64,000 nucleotides of DNA, taken from positions 114,959-178,958 of the forward strand of contig CAYTPW010000003.1 of the NCBI GenBank assembly GCA_964439935.1. Direction: 5' to 3'. Numbering within the stretch: position 1 is the stretch's first letter; every line of letters starts with the position of its first letter. The position numbers and the translations under genes were made by a program. Positions 51,101 to 60,731 of this stretch are shown in pieces. Source of the DNA: an uncultured bacterium (GTDB taxonomy: Bacteria > Fidelibacterota > Marinisomatia > Marinisomatales > TCS56). Below the pieces are notes generated by a model. The model searched no databases and had not been told where the DNA came from. It saw only the letters and a program-made list of their open reading frames with translations.

Positions 51101-51416
51101 CAGCAGCGTTGATCATCATGAACAGAATTATCGAGCCAATGCCTACGGTATCAAGCTGGATGTTTTAAGATTTATCGGTCCCCGGGGTCGTCTACAGTCA
51201 CGCCTGGAATGGTTCCAGGTTGGTACAGGTGGGTTAACAGCTTTACCACCGGAAGCTTTAAACGGACTGGCAGTTGGACGGTCCACGAAACTCAATTTGA
51301 CCGGACAGTTTTTACTTGGTGGAAATCTATCGATTAATATCAGCGGGAATTATATTGCTGATAACCGTTATAATAACCTGTTCACATTTACCGGAGAGGT
51401 TCGTGCTTTTTTCTAG
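48114..51416 (+). CDS. Large (1100 aa) putative outer-membrane beta-barrel protein, family unassigned
   Basis: Signal peptide, beta-rich Y/G/N/R composition, and a C-terminal beta-signal-like end (NNLFTFTGEVRAFF, terminal Phe). TTG start overlapping the upstream gene. Confidence 0.5.
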   Translation: MRSSLKSILLLLGLGVELLWAGSFQIIPTRDTVTVAANDSVFILINTPVFETTVQLFRNGRWIEDYSIDPLVGRIVLHTTEPDSSQHICTYSYLSPALPLTVGPRYLTLPLLTELTREPDVISILPQQPMAAASRDELYTAGSIYRSVELSPFGGTDFSGGLRLQLQGRLTDDIQVSGVLADQSLPIQPEGNTQTLEEIDQVYLTVKHPTWNVTAGDINFTLNSGKFLKIDRKLVGLKGALAQPGSHGEAVYSASKGNYRSMTFKGTEGSQGPYLLASETGSRDIIVIAGSERVYVDGNRLIRGENNDYIIDYSTGEIYFTAQRLIHSDSDILVEFQYSDFRYNRNLVGASWKMQPIERGEVTIAYLNEYDNISAGSLNLSTAVQDSMAQAGDRDVCISGAVVDSAGDYYVNNGFYIYWTIDPPDSAVQRYSVTFQNDVANGAYIRKVTDTGQLYYSYVPENERQLYQDLYSPIQLLDRPEKQQVIQLSATYRSSEKFVIDTEISMSDYDINRLSNRNDDDNLGWAYNIKLAGAELILLPGWNFNYHLVNWGRGKQYKALQRERTARFDRDWNINSDQIGKENMLTAGFGFKRNTTFDLNMDWSHYQVQDRYKNRFLATTAGSTDWIPLYSGRISRMESPGEFLVQSTAKIQVLPGWIHPYYEYNGELNRSVTSFEHHTSGLELAGKTGRGSLGIGQRIDRAEIDTSNSGLERISRGYFGSMDLDGRSGSGWNYRLIFRKRIKTEFTEDREFDFELLQTNLSFNNRMQPLRWDMKVKLEETYTESRSTVYDSVGIGLGNYRYDRQFNEYIADPNGGFIAYQVLIGDRHPTTRFDGIQRAQIDFSKTRMKQLKGVTVRLEMRSEYRGSRFNTIRFLKPNLNDLGITRAQWNLYGEFDYRPFRIGRRFRAWNRSIRDLNGLDPRGGDLRRDQEIGLEVNETLMDGFLGIFKWHLKELTVNSAFVNQRNRVVSGDWLEGGLKWHPNQDWQCESTIQLGHSSVDHHEQNYRANAYGIKLDVLRFIGPRGRLQSRLEWFQVGTGGLTALPPEALNGLAVGRSTKLNLTGQFLLGGNLSINISGNYIADNRYNNLFTFTGEVRAFF

Positions 51417-52773
51417 ATTACTGATTGTTTTCGCCAGCTTAAGTATACTGATCGGACAATCAATTCAGATCGATGTTCGTGATGGTACTGAAAGCTTTGT
51501 CGCCGGTGACTCGCTGTCAGTTACGAGGCAACTTGATTCACTGCTGAACCGTTATGATGATCCGAGTATCCAATACCGACTGGAACACCTTGACCAGCAT
51601 AAAAATCTGGGAGCGGTCTATTCAGTTGTTAAGAGTCGGATCCAAATTGATTCGCTAGTTTTCTCTGAACGGAATTATTTCACACCCGGCATACAGCAAC
51701 GGTTGTTCAGTCGGTTGGTGGGTACCCGACCATGGAGCGAGACGCAGCGGACAATGCGCAATATCATCAACACCTATTCATTCTTAAACCAAAATACTCA
51801 ATATTCATTAGGTCGCTTTGGTGGCGACCAACTGGCGGCAGTAGTATCAGCGGCACCTGATTTTGCCAGCCATTTCAGCGGTATTATTGGATTATCAAAC
51901 GACGATCGCATGGGGTGGCAGGCAACCGGACAACTGGATTTGCATTTGGAGAATGCTTGGAAGACAGCCGGAACAGTTGATATAAACTGGCGGCGAAAAG
52001 ATAACCTGTCCCAGAATATTAATTTAGCGTTTGAGGAACCATATTTGCTGGCTCTTCCGATTGGGATTAGCGCGGCCTTTCGCCAAAACCTAGATCAGGG
52101 TTTGTATGCCCAGCGTGAGACTAGTGCTGGTATTATCGTACCCATGGCCGTGCAAGGACGCTGGCAGATCGGGATGGATCAATTTAAAGTGATCCCGACC
52201 GCTAAAGGTGATTCGACTGGGATCCTGCCCCGAAAAGGCCGATTACTGTACCTGAACGGAGCTGGTGATCGTAGGGATGATCGCTGGCGGCCGCGTTCGG
52301 GAATTGTCTGGACTCTGTACCTGGCTTTCGGAGAAAACCGTACAGCCGGATCCACGGACCGGCTTGGTCGTTACCGGGTGGAAATCGATGCTTACGGGCG
52401 ATTAACGCAATCCTGGTTATTTCATCCGACACTCTGGTTGAAAGGTTCGGTGAACCGCGGTTTAGAGCATGTTGCCGAGCAGGTTCGCTATGGCGGCGCC
52501 GCGGTCTTGCGTGGTTATCAGGAAGATTTTTTCACCAGTGATTGGGTGTTAATTCCCCAGCTCGAAATGGTTTATCTGGCGGGGAATAATTTACGTCTTT
52601 TTTCATTTTTGGATATTGCACTGCAGGATGCCTACGATCAGGTTCCAATCGGGTATGGAATCGGCTTGGTTCAACGTACACCAGGCAGCTTGATCGAAGT
52701 CAGCTACGGATTGGCACGTGGGGACCGGTTAGCTTTAGGAAAACTGCATTTTAGCGTCGTAACTGAATTGTGA
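51403..52773 (+). CDS. Omp85/BamA-superfamily (surface antigen D15-like) outer-membrane protein with short N-terminal region
   Basis: GTG at 51403 gives a signal-like N-terminus (VLFSRLLIVFASLSILIGQ). YGGAAVLRGYQEDFF resembles the conserved Omp85 loop-6 (V/I)RG(F/Y) motif. There are only about 150 aa before the barrel-like region. Confidence 0.5.
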   Translation: MLFSRLLIVFASLSILIGQSIQIDVRDGTESFVAGDSLSVTRQLDSLLNRYDDPSIQYRLEHLDQHKNLGAVYSVVKSRIQIDSLVFSERNYFTPGIQQRLFSRLVGTRPWSETQRTMRNIINTYSFLNQNTQYSLGRFGGDQLAAVVSAAPDFASHFSGIIGLSNDDRMGWQATGQLDLHLENAWKTAGTVDINWRRKDNLSQNINLAFEEPYLLALPIGISAAFRQNLDQGLYAQRETSAGIIVPMAVQGRWQIGMDQFKVIPTAKGDSTGILPRKGRLLYLNGAGDRRDDRWRPRSGIVWTLYLAFGENRTAGSTDRLGRYRVEIDAYGRLTQSWLFHPTLWLKGSVNRGLEHVAEQVRYGGAAVLRGYQEDFFTSDWVLIPQLEMVYLAGNNLRLFSFLDIALQDAYDQVPIGYGIGLVQRTPGSLIEVSYGLARGDRLALGKLHFSVVTEL

Positions 52774-52890
52774 AGAAAATGATTCGGAATAATTATCTAA
52801 TTCTATTGTATGACATAAACAATATAAGGCGCAAATTAGTTAAATGATTGCTTTAGCAACTGAATGTTTTATATTGGACTGGAGTTTTAA

Positions 52891-54999
52891 GTGAAAGAAA
52901 ATAATTCAATTAATTCTAGAATACTTAAAGTATTAAAAACACGACCCGGTCGTGCTTTCAGGCAACGCGAGTTGGCTGATCGATTGAAAATTCCGCAATC
53001 TAATATGGATGCGTTGAAAGCTGCTTTACGCAAATTGATGGCCGATGAAGCGGTAGTCAGGATCAAACACGGACTTTATCGGTTACCTGATCGTACACAG
53101 TATATTGAGGGTAAATTGCTTGTTAACCAAAAAGGATTTGGCTTTGTCCTCACAGATAATGACCAGCCGGATATTTTCATCGGCCGACGTCAAATGAGTA
53201 ATGCGGTAAATGGTGATATTGTCAAAGTTAGCATACAGGGGGGTGATTTTAAGTCACCGCGTGGAACAGTGAAACGGGTGTTAAGTCGTGGAACAGATTG
53301 TTTTGTGGGCACTGTTTATCGCGCCGAACGCAGTTACTGGCTGGCAGTCCAACCCCTCACACCCCAGCGTGGCATTAGGATTATTAGCACTCAATCGATT
53401 GACTTTGAAGCCGGTCAGTCAGTCGTTGCCACGGTTAAGGATTGGGGTGGTTCTGGCAGTCCAATAATTGTGGCAGTGTCCAAGATAATTGGCAGTGCAG
53501 GCGATCCAAATATTGATATGAATATCGTTTTAAACCGTTACGGATATGATACAACCTTCCCTTCAACTGTGCTGGCAGAGGCGAGATTAATAACGGAGGA
53601 AATGGTTGCGACTGAAGCAGAAGACAGAATTGATTATCGAGCAGTAAAAACGTTTACCATCGATCCCGCTTCAGCCCGCGATTTTGATGATGCTCTTTCA
53701 ATTGAGTCGCTTGAATCAGGGTATCGTCTGGGAGTGCACATCGCCGATGTGAGTCATTTTGTGAAGGTGGGATCAGCGCTGGACCGGGAAGCCTTAACTC
53801 GGGGAACATCGGTCTATTTTACCGAGGGAGTTGTCCATATGTTGCCACCTTCACTGTCAGCGAATTTGTGCTCCCTAAAACCAGGGTGTGATCGGTTGGC
53901 ACTATCTGCATTGATAGAGATGGATGATAGTTTTAATATCATCGGATTCAAGGTGGCACCAACCATCATCAACAGCAATTACCGCTTTACATATAATCAG
54001 GTTCAGGATATCCTGGATGGGCGTGCTAACCACACTGCTCAGGACGAGTTGAAGAATTTGCTGATTATTAGTCGTCGGCTGATTGAATTGCGCACCAGAC
54101 AGGGCAGCATCGATTTTGACATTCCGGAACCGATATTCATTCTGTCACCGGAGGGTATCCCCCATACTATTACGTCCAGTGAACGCCTGGACAGTCACCG
54201 GATTGTGGAGGAATGCATGCTATTGGCAAATCGCCTGGTAGCTGAAGAGGTACCAGGGATTGAGCCTAAGAAACCGCCTTTTATTTACCGGGTACATGAT
54301 AAACCAGACCAGATAGCTATCCAGAATCTATTGGGATTGTTACGATTGCTAAAAATATATAACCAGTCTGGTTCTGGCAATCTGTCATCGACTGATTTGC
54401 GGGATATCCTGGCCAGCGTGGCCAATTCACCTTATAAGAATCTTGTAGAAAACATAACTCTGCGTACTATGACCAAAGCTATCTACTCGTCAGTTAATCG
54501 GGGCCATTTCGGCTTGGCGTTTAAACATTACACCCATTTTACCAGTCCAATTCGCCGCTACCCCGATTTGTTGGTGCACCGACTGATTAAGCAATATCTG
54601 GGTTTTGGTGACTCATATACAGAAGATAATTTGGATGCGAGTATTAAATCTGTCGCGAATCAGTCTACCGAAGCAGAGCTTACTGCACTGCAGGCGGAAC
54701 GCGAGTACATCAGAATTAAACAATTACGCTGGTTGAAACAGCATCTGGGTGAGACATTCAGTGGAATGATATCAGGTGTGATTCAATTCGGATTTTTCGT
54801 TGAACTGGCTGATACACTGGTGGAAGGCTTGGTGCATATTGATACCTTAACTGGTGATGATTTCAATTATGATCCAGATCATTATCGTCTATACAGTCAT
54901 CAATTAGACCAGGTCTATCAACTGGGCGATCCGGTAAATATTGTCGTTCAGGATGTATTGCTTGATAAGCAACGGGCAAATTTCCTCTTAACGGATTAA
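52891..54999 (+). CDS. rnr: Ribonuclease R
   Basis: N-terminal HTH/CSD, RNB domain (TIDPASARDFDDALS, HFGLAFKHYTHFTSPIRRYPDLLVHR), C-terminal S1 domain. GTG start. Confidence 0.9.
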   Translation: MKENNSINSRILKVLKTRPGRAFRQRELADRLKIPQSNMDALKAALRKLMADEAVVRIKHGLYRLPDRTQYIEGKLLVNQKGFGFVLTDNDQPDIFIGRRQMSNAVNGDIVKVSIQGGDFKSPRGTVKRVLSRGTDCFVGTVYRAERSYWLAVQPLTPQRGIRIISTQSIDFEAGQSVVATVKDWGGSGSPIIVAVSKIIGSAGDPNIDMNIVLNRYGYDTTFPSTVLAEARLITEEMVATEAEDRIDYRAVKTFTIDPASARDFDDALSIESLESGYRLGVHIADVSHFVKVGSALDREALTRGTSVYFTEGVVHMLPPSLSANLCSLKPGCDRLALSALIEMDDSFNIIGFKVAPTIINSNYRFTYNQVQDILDGRANHTAQDELKNLLIISRRLIELRTRQGSIDFDIPEPIFILSPEGIPHTITSSERLDSHRIVEECMLLANRLVAEEVPGIEPKKPPFIYRVHDKPDQIAIQNLLGLLRLLKIYNQSGSGNLSSTDLRDILASVANSPYKNLVENITLRTMTKAIYSSVNRGHFGLAFKHYTHFTSPIRRYPDLLVHRLIKQYLGFGDSYTEDNLDASIKSVANQSTEAELTALQAEREYIRIKQLRWLKQHLGETFSGMISGVIQFGFFVELADTLVEGLVHIDTLTGDDFNYDPDHYRLYSHQLDQVYQLGDPVNIVVQDVLLDKQRANFLLTD

Positions 55000-55076
55000 A
55001 ACCTGTTTACCACTTTTGGTTATGATTATTATTTATCTACCTTGAAATTATGCTATTGCATTCAAAAGGATTTTCA

Positions 55077-56108
55077 ATGAAACTACGGATTAACGAGTGC
55101 CTGCTGTTGTTGTTGTTTTCTCTTTCCGGTTGTGAGTTAAAACGCGATGCGATCGGAACTGATAATAAAATAATTGTGATTACACCTCGACCGGATATAC
55201 CAGCAGTAAAAGCAGCTCTAAAGACAATTTTTTTTGATACTTTATATACTCCACGACCCGAGCCGGAATATTTGATACAATATGCCAGAATTGATGAATT
55301 CCAGCGTTATAATACTCATGTTAATATGATCGTCGTCGGGCTGGGAGTGGATCAAGCAAATCCCGGAAATCAGTTGGTAAAACAATTACTGCCGGCAAAC
55401 AACTACCTCGATTCGAAGGCCGGTGGACAGGCCATCTTCCTGGTGCATGACCAGTATGCCAATGACCAGCTATTTATTATTCTCAGCGCACAGGATAAAA
55501 AACACTTGATCAATGAGCTGATCAAACAGAAAACCTGGCTGAAGAATAAATTCGATGATTTGTTTCAACAGCGTCAGAGAACGTATTTATATGAGCGGGT
55601 CCGCCAGGAAGCTGTTGAGAACAAATTATTTGCGAAATATGGTTGGGGTGTCAAGGTCCCCTGGGGTTATCAGATTGTAAAGGACGCACCGGATTCAAAT
55701 TTTTTCTGGATGGGGCGCGAACGTCCGTTTCGGTGGCTTTCCGTCCATTGGGCGCTGGGATTGCAAGTCAGCAATCCTGATACTGCCCTAGTGACTCTGC
55801 ACACCTATGCTGCTGAATTATACGGTCATATTAGATTTACCGATTATCATCTAAATGTTAATCAGATCGATTTCAAGAATTGGACGGCCTGGCGGATCAC
55901 AGGAATGTGGGAAAGTATAGAGGAAGCCCAGGGCGGTCCGTTTTTACATTATATTTTTTACGATGGCGTCACTGATCGGACCTATCAGATAAATATGGTA
56001 GTGTTCTTTCCAGGCGAAGATAAAATGATAATCCTGAGACAACTGGATATTGTCGCTCATTCATTCTATGTCGAACTTGAATCAGATATGAATAAACAGG
56101 GAAAATGA
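55077..56108 (+). CDS. Hypothetical lipoprotein (possibly DUF4837-like)
   Basis: ATG at 55077 gives MKLRINECLLLLLFSLSGC (lipobox). No catalytic motif. The DUF assignment is from memory only. Confidence 0.45.
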   Translation: MKLRINECLLLLLFSLSGCELKRDAIGTDNKIIVITPRPDIPAVKAALKTIFFDTLYTPRPEPEYLIQYARIDEFQRYNTHVNMIVVGLGVDQANPGNQLVKQLLPANNYLDSKAGGQAIFLVHDQYANDQLFIILSAQDKKHLINELIKQKTWLKNKFDDLFQQRQRTYLYERVRQEAVENKLFAKYGWGVKVPWGYQIVKDAPDSNFFWMGRERPFRWLSVHWALGLQVSNPDTALVTLHTYAAELYGHIRFTDYHLNVNQIDFKNWTAWRITGMWESIEEAQGGPFLHYIFYDGVTDRTYQINMVVFFPGEDKMIILRQLDIVAHSFYVELESDMNKQGK

Positions 56109-56998
56109 AACGGAAGATATTAGTAACGGGTGCGTTTGGTCAGGTAGGGGCTGATTTGGTGCCAGCATTGCTTCCGGAGTATGAGGTGTTAGCAACTGAT
56201 CTACAAATTAATCCTAACCTGGATTATACCTGTGAGTCAGCCACCCTGAGTATTACCAGCCAAATTGATGTCCGTAAAATTATTAATGATTGGAAACCCG
56301 ATATAATTGTGAATCTGGCTTCCCTGACAAATGTGGATGATTGCGAACGAGATAAGGATCTGGCATGGCAGATAAATGCCGGTGGTGTGGGAAATCTGAT
56401 TGAAGCTGCTCGAGGTAAAGATATCCACATTATCCAGATTTCAACTGATTACGTATTTGACGGGAAGGAAGGCCCGTATTTGGAGACGGATCAACCAAAT
56501 CCGATAAACCATTATGGCCAATCCAAGCTGGATGGTGAAAGATTATTGCTAAACAGCACACTAGACTGGACTATAATCCGTACCAATGTTGTATTCGGTG
56601 CATCAGTCCATACCGGGGCTAGTTTCTTAAAATGGATAGTAGATTCTCTCCGCGCTGGTAAACGGATTAATATTGTCGACGACCAATGGAATAATCCCAC
56701 TTGGACGATGGGACTTGCTGAGACTATCCGTAAATTTATCGATGACAGAATTACGGGTATTTACAATTATGGCGGGGCTGATTACCTTAATCGTCTTGAA
56801 TTTGCACAATTAATCGCGAATGCTTACAATTTGAACCAGGAATTATTATCGCCAATTGACACAGCGGCTTTGAACCAACTGGCTTCCCGCCCGCTGAAAG
56901 GAGGACTGGTTAATAACAGGATTGAAACTATACCGGGTATTACATGTTATACTGTCGATGAAGCTATAGATCAAATTCGAAACCAGGGTACCATATGA
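56105..56998 (+). CDS. rfbD: dTDP-4-dehydrorhamnose reductase
   Basis: ILVTGAFGQVG Rossmann motif and STDYVFDG...YGQSKLDGE catalytic YxxxK region. 297 aa. Confidence 0.85.
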   Translation: MKRKILVTGAFGQVGADLVPALLPEYEVLATDLQINPNLDYTCESATLSITSQIDVRKIINDWKPDIIVNLASLTNVDDCERDKDLAWQINAGGVGNLIEAARGKDIHIIQISTDYVFDGKEGPYLETDQPNPINHYGQSKLDGERLLLNSTLDWTIIRTNVVFGASVHTGASFLKWIVDSLRAGKRINIVDDQWNNPTWTMGLAETIRKFIDDRITGIYNYGGADYLNRLEFAQLIANAYNLNQELLSPIDTAALNQLASRPLKGGLVNNRIETIPGITCYTVDEAIDQIRNQGTI

Positions 56999-57711
56999 AA
57001 ACATTAATAATATCACCGACCTACAACGAGCATAAAAATATTCCCAATCTGGTGGAAAAACTTTTTTCCATAGATCCGAATTATCATGCGCTGATTATCG
57101 ACGACAATTCCCCGGATGGAACCGGTGACCTGGTAGAGTCTCTGCAGGAACAATACCCCAATCTTCATCTTGAGCGCCGCCCGAAAAAGGCTGGATTGGG
57201 AACGGCCTACTGTTTTGGTTTCAAATGGGCCCTGGCCAACGGCTATGATGCGATAGTTCAAATGGACGCGGACCTTTCGCACGATCCTAACGAAATTCCT
57301 ACAATGATTGGTTTACTTAATGACTATGATTTCATTGTTGGCAGTCGTTACTGCGACGGAATTAGTGTCGTACGCTGGCCCCTGCGGCGATTGGCGTTAA
57401 GTTATGGTGCCAACCTTTATTCCAGGATCATCACCGGAATGCCGATTAAAGATGGTACCGGTGGTTTTAAAGTCTGGAAGCGTGAGGTGCTGGCGGCCAT
57501 TGATCTGGATCAGGTTCGATCCCAGGGTTATTCCTTCCAGATTGAGATGAATTTCCGGGCCTGGATGAAAGGATTCAAGGTGATAGAACATCCGATTATT
57601 TTTATTGATCGGACGATCGGAGAATCCAAAATGAGTAAAATGATCATGTTGGAGGCGATCTGGATGGTCTGGCGTTTCCGGATCTGGAAGCTGCTGGGCA
57701 AGGGAAAATAA
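56995..57711 (+). CDS. Polyprenol-phosphate mannosyltransferase (GT2, Dpm1-like)
   Basis: ISPTYNE...IIDDNSPDGT...QMDADLSHDP motifs. 238 aa. Confidence 0.85.
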   Translation: MKTLIISPTYNEHKNIPNLVEKLFSIDPNYHALIIDDNSPDGTGDLVESLQEQYPNLHLERRPKKAGLGTAYCFGFKWALANGYDAIVQMDADLSHDPNEIPTMIGLLNDYDFIVGSRYCDGISVVRWPLRRLALSYGANLYSRIITGMPIKDGTGGFKVWKREVLAAIDLDQVRSQGYSFQIEMNFRAWMKGFKVIEHPIIFIDRTIGESKMSKMIMLEAIWMVWRFRIWKLLGKGK

Positions 57712-57718
57712 ACGACTT

Positions 57719-59773
57719 ATGCCGCGGCCTACTGTTTCAGTTCTGATAGTGAGTTATAATGTCAAGCAATATCTGGGGCAAGCGTTACAGGCCCTTGCAC
57801 GCTCGAATTATTCCGGTGATCTTGAATTGATCATTGTTGATAATAATTCGTTTGATGGAACAGTTGATTATATTAAAAACAATTTTCCTGCTGTAAAACT
57901 GATTGCTAATACAATCAATCGTGGTTTTGGGAAAGCTGTCAATCAGGCCGCCGATCTGGCAACCGGTGAATTCATTCTGGTATTGAATCCTGATACAATC
58001 GTTCAGGAAAATACTATTGATATTTTTACCGATTATTTATTAGCCAATGGCGACGTTGGTATAGTTGGTCCTAAGATATTAAACGCTGACGGAAGCCTGC
58101 AGCTAGCCTGCAAGCGATCATTTCCGACAATCGGAGTTGCTTTGCCCAAGCTGATTGGTTTGAATCACCTGTTCCCGCGGGCATCCTGGGCAAATCGCTA
58201 TAATTTAACATATCTGGATGCCGATGAGACGCATACTGTAGATGCGATCAGTGGATCCTGCATGTTTCTAAAAACGGATCTTTTTCGTAGTCTGGCTGGA
58301 TTTGATGAATGCTTTTTTATGTTCGGCGAAGATCTGGATTTTTGTTACCGGGTGAAACAGGCTGGATATACTGTTAAATATCTTCCCTCAACACAAATAA
58401 TTCATTATCAGGGTGAATCAGTCAAGTCAGCACCTTTCGATAGTATTGATGCCTTTTATAATGCCATGCTATTATTTGCTGACAAACATTTTTCTCGTGG
58501 GAGCGGATTATTTGCACGGTTCGGGATCCGCGCCGGAATTTTTATTCGCAAGCTATTCACATTAATAGCCAGTCTCCGGTCGCAGATCGTCTCGGTTTTT
58601 CTTGATGGTCTGGTCGTAATGACGGCTTTTTTAATCGCTATCCCAATTAAATTTGGTGATTATGAACCGATCAGTGCCAGTGGCGGACTGATACCGGTTG
58701 TGTATATCTTTTTCTGGATCATTGTTTGTGCAGTATTTCAACTCTACTCCCGCTATATACTGTCATATTCGCGAGCCATTCTGGCTGCATTGACCGGCTT
58801 TCTGCTGGCCGTCGCTTTTACCTATTTTTTCAAGCAGTATGCCTTTTCAAGATTTGTGATCCTGGCTGCCACGGTCATGATCGCACTTATGTTGCCAGGC
58901 TGGCGTATGATTATTCATTATCTAATTTCCCGTGGGTGGTTCAGGCCGGTAAATAGCCATCAGTTGTTGTTTGCTCGAAAAACAATTATTGTTGGGACCG
59001 ATTCAGAGGGAATACGAATTGCCAGTAAGCTGCTTAAGCGGTTCGATGCTGGACTTGAACTGGTTGGATTCTGTGACGAACAAGTTAATGATCCCGAGGC
59101 ATTACCACTGCCATTTTTAGGAAATATCACTGATTTACGGGAAATTGTCCGGACAAAAAACATTCGTGAGATAATATTTTCCAGCGGTCGATTATCCAAT
59201 GAACAGATCCTTCGTACCATGCAGGCAACCCGCGATCTGAAACTGACCTATCGGATGGTACCGGAGAAACAGGATATCCTGTTAGGAAAAGCACTGGTGG
59301 AAGAAATCGGTGATTTCACTTTCATAAATATCGAATATCCCCTGTTTCGCGGTCTTCACCGATTCACAAAGCGTATATTTGACTTGTGCATTGCTTCATT
59401 GGCCTTTCTGGTATTCTCACCGATTATACTGGGTTATACGGTGATAGGTAAAACCAGGAAAATCGAGTTCTGGGGTGCTGACAGCTCAAAATTCGGTGCT
59501 AAAATAAATATTTCTAGCAATCGGTATATCAGGAAATCTCCTTTGCTCTGGCAAGTGATATTGGGGAAAATGAGTATTGTTGGTACATCACTGCTTGATA
59601 CTAAGTCAAATGATCCCAGAATTATGTTCCAGCCAGGATTAACCAGTCTCGATTATGTTAGAAGCGTAAATTATACAACCGAAGATCAAAAAATGTTAAA
59701 TCACTATTATATTCAACACCAAACATTTACGCTGGATTTGGAAATTATTATGAAAACAATATTTGGTAATTAG
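57719..59773 (+). CDS. Fusion protein: N-terminal GT2 glycosyltransferase + polytopic/CoA-binding-like region + degenerate bacterial sugar-transferase (phosphoglycosyltransferase) domain
   Basis: N-terminus has VSVLIVSYN...[11 protein letters not shown]...LNPDT (GT2). The middle has 4-5 TM helices plus a Rossmann-like [11 protein letters not shown]...LVGFCDE segment, as in WbaP-type PGTs. The C-terminus [23 protein letters not shown]...ILGKMSIVG resembles Bac_transf but lacks the KFRTM and PRP signatures. Confidence 0.7.
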   Translation: MPRPTVSVLIVSYNVKQYLGQALQALARSNYSGDLELIIVDNNSFDGTVDYIKNNFPAVKLIANTINRGFGKAVNQAADLATGEFILVLNPDTIVQENTIDIFTDYLLANGDVGIVGPKILNADGSLQLACKRSFPTIGVALPKLIGLNHLFPRASWANRYNLTYLDADETHTVDAISGSCMFLKTDLFRSLAGFDECFFMFGEDLDFCYRVKQAGYTVKYLPSTQIIHYQGESVKSAPFDSIDAFYNAMLLFADKHFSRGSGLFARFGIRAGIFIRKLFTLIASLRSQIVSVFLDGLVVMTAFLIAIPIKFGDYEPISASGGLIPVVYIFFWIIVCAVFQLYSRYILSYSRAILAALTGFLLAVAFTYFFKQYAFSRFVILAATVMIALMLPGWRMIIHYLISRGWFRPVNSHQLLFARKTIIVGTDSEGIRIASKLLKRFDAGLELVGFCDEQVNDPEALPLPFLGNITDLREIVRTKNIREIIFSSGRLSNEQILRTMQATRDLKLTYRMVPEKQDILLGKALVEEIGDFTFINIEYPLFRGLHRFTKRIFDLCIASLAFLVFSPIILGYTVIGKTRKIEFWGADSSKFGAKINISSNRYIRKSPLLWQVILGKMSIVGTSLLDTKSNDPRIMFQPGLTSLDYVRSVNYTTEDQKMLNHYYIQHQTFTLDLEIIMKTIFGN

Positions 59774-59774
59774 A

Positions 59775-60731
59775 ATGGCAACTTTTGAACTTGATTTTGA
59801 AAAACCAATCGTTGAACTTGAGAATAAACTGCTGGAATTACGTTCCCAAAATATTCCCGGTAATGAAATCACTCAAGATATCAACGATTTAGAGCAAAAG
59901 AGAAAGCGGCTAATTCAAAAAATCTATGGTAATTTATCCCGCTGGCAGAGGGTCCAGTTGGCTCGCCACCCACAGCGACCTTACAGCCTGGATTATATTT
60001 ATTATTTTTCACCGGACTTTCTGGAACTTCACGGCGACCGCTATTTTGCCGATGATTCCTCGATTGTATGTGGTATGGGTAAAATTGATGATCAATCGGT
60101 CATGTATCTGGGACAGCAGAAGGGTAGAAATACCAAGGATAATCTTCACCGCAATTTTGGGATGATGCGACCCGAAGGTTACCGGAAAGCACTGCGAGTG
60201 ATGAAATTGGCTGAGAAATTTAATTTGCCGATAATTTCTTTAATTGATACAATGGGTGCCTTTCCCGGTATCGGAGCGGAAGAACGGGGACAGGGTGAAG
60301 CAATTGCCCGCAATCTTTTCGAAATGTCGCAAATAGCGGTCCCAATTCTAATTATTGTGATCGGTGAAGGTGCCAGTGGTGGGGCACTTGGAATTGGTGT
60401 TGGCGATCGTTTTATAATGTTGGAGAATACCTGGTTTTCGGTAATTAGTCCCGAAGGCTGTGCCTCGATTCTATGGCGCGATGCCGCCAAAGCCCCCGAT
60501 GCCGCTGACGCTATGAAAGTCACTCCCGAAGATATGCTCGAGATGGGCATCTGTGATCGGATTATTACGGAACCACTTGGTGGCGCGCATCGAGATCACG
60601 AAGAAATGGCTCGGATTTTAAAAGATGTGATCCTGGAAGAACTCACGAATCTTTCGATTCTTGGCCCCAGCGAGCTGCTGGACCAACGGATTAAACGTTT
60701 CGATGCTATCGGTACTTTCTCCGAGTCCTAG
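59775..60731 (+). CDS. accA: Acetyl-CoA carboxylase carboxyltransferase subunit alpha
   Basis: Full-length AccA-like sequence ([40 protein letters not shown]). ATG at 59775 is preferred over the track's TTG. Confidence 0.9.
   Translation: MATFELDFEKPIVELENKLLELRSQNIPGNEITQDINDLEQKRKRLIQKIYGNLSRWQRVQLARHPQRPYSLDYIYYFSPDFLELHGDRYFADDSSIVCGMGKIDDQSVMYLGQQKGRNTKDNLHRNFGMMRPEGYRKALRVMKLAEKFNLPIISLIDTMGAFPGIGAEERGQGEAIARNLFEMSQIAVPILIIVIGEGASGGALGIGVGDRFIMLENTWFSVISPEGCASILWRDAAKAPDAADAMKVTPEDMLEMGICDRIITEPLGGAHRDHEEMARILKDVILEELTNLSILGPSELLDQRIKRFDAIGTFSES

Noticed and set aside
51316-51402. The track start at 51316 for the Omp85-like gene gives a 100-nt overlap with the upstream barrel gene.
   Set aside because: That N-terminal extension is the alternate-frame read of the upstream C-terminus. 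GTG at 51403 gives a signal-peptide-like start with only a 14-nt overlap.
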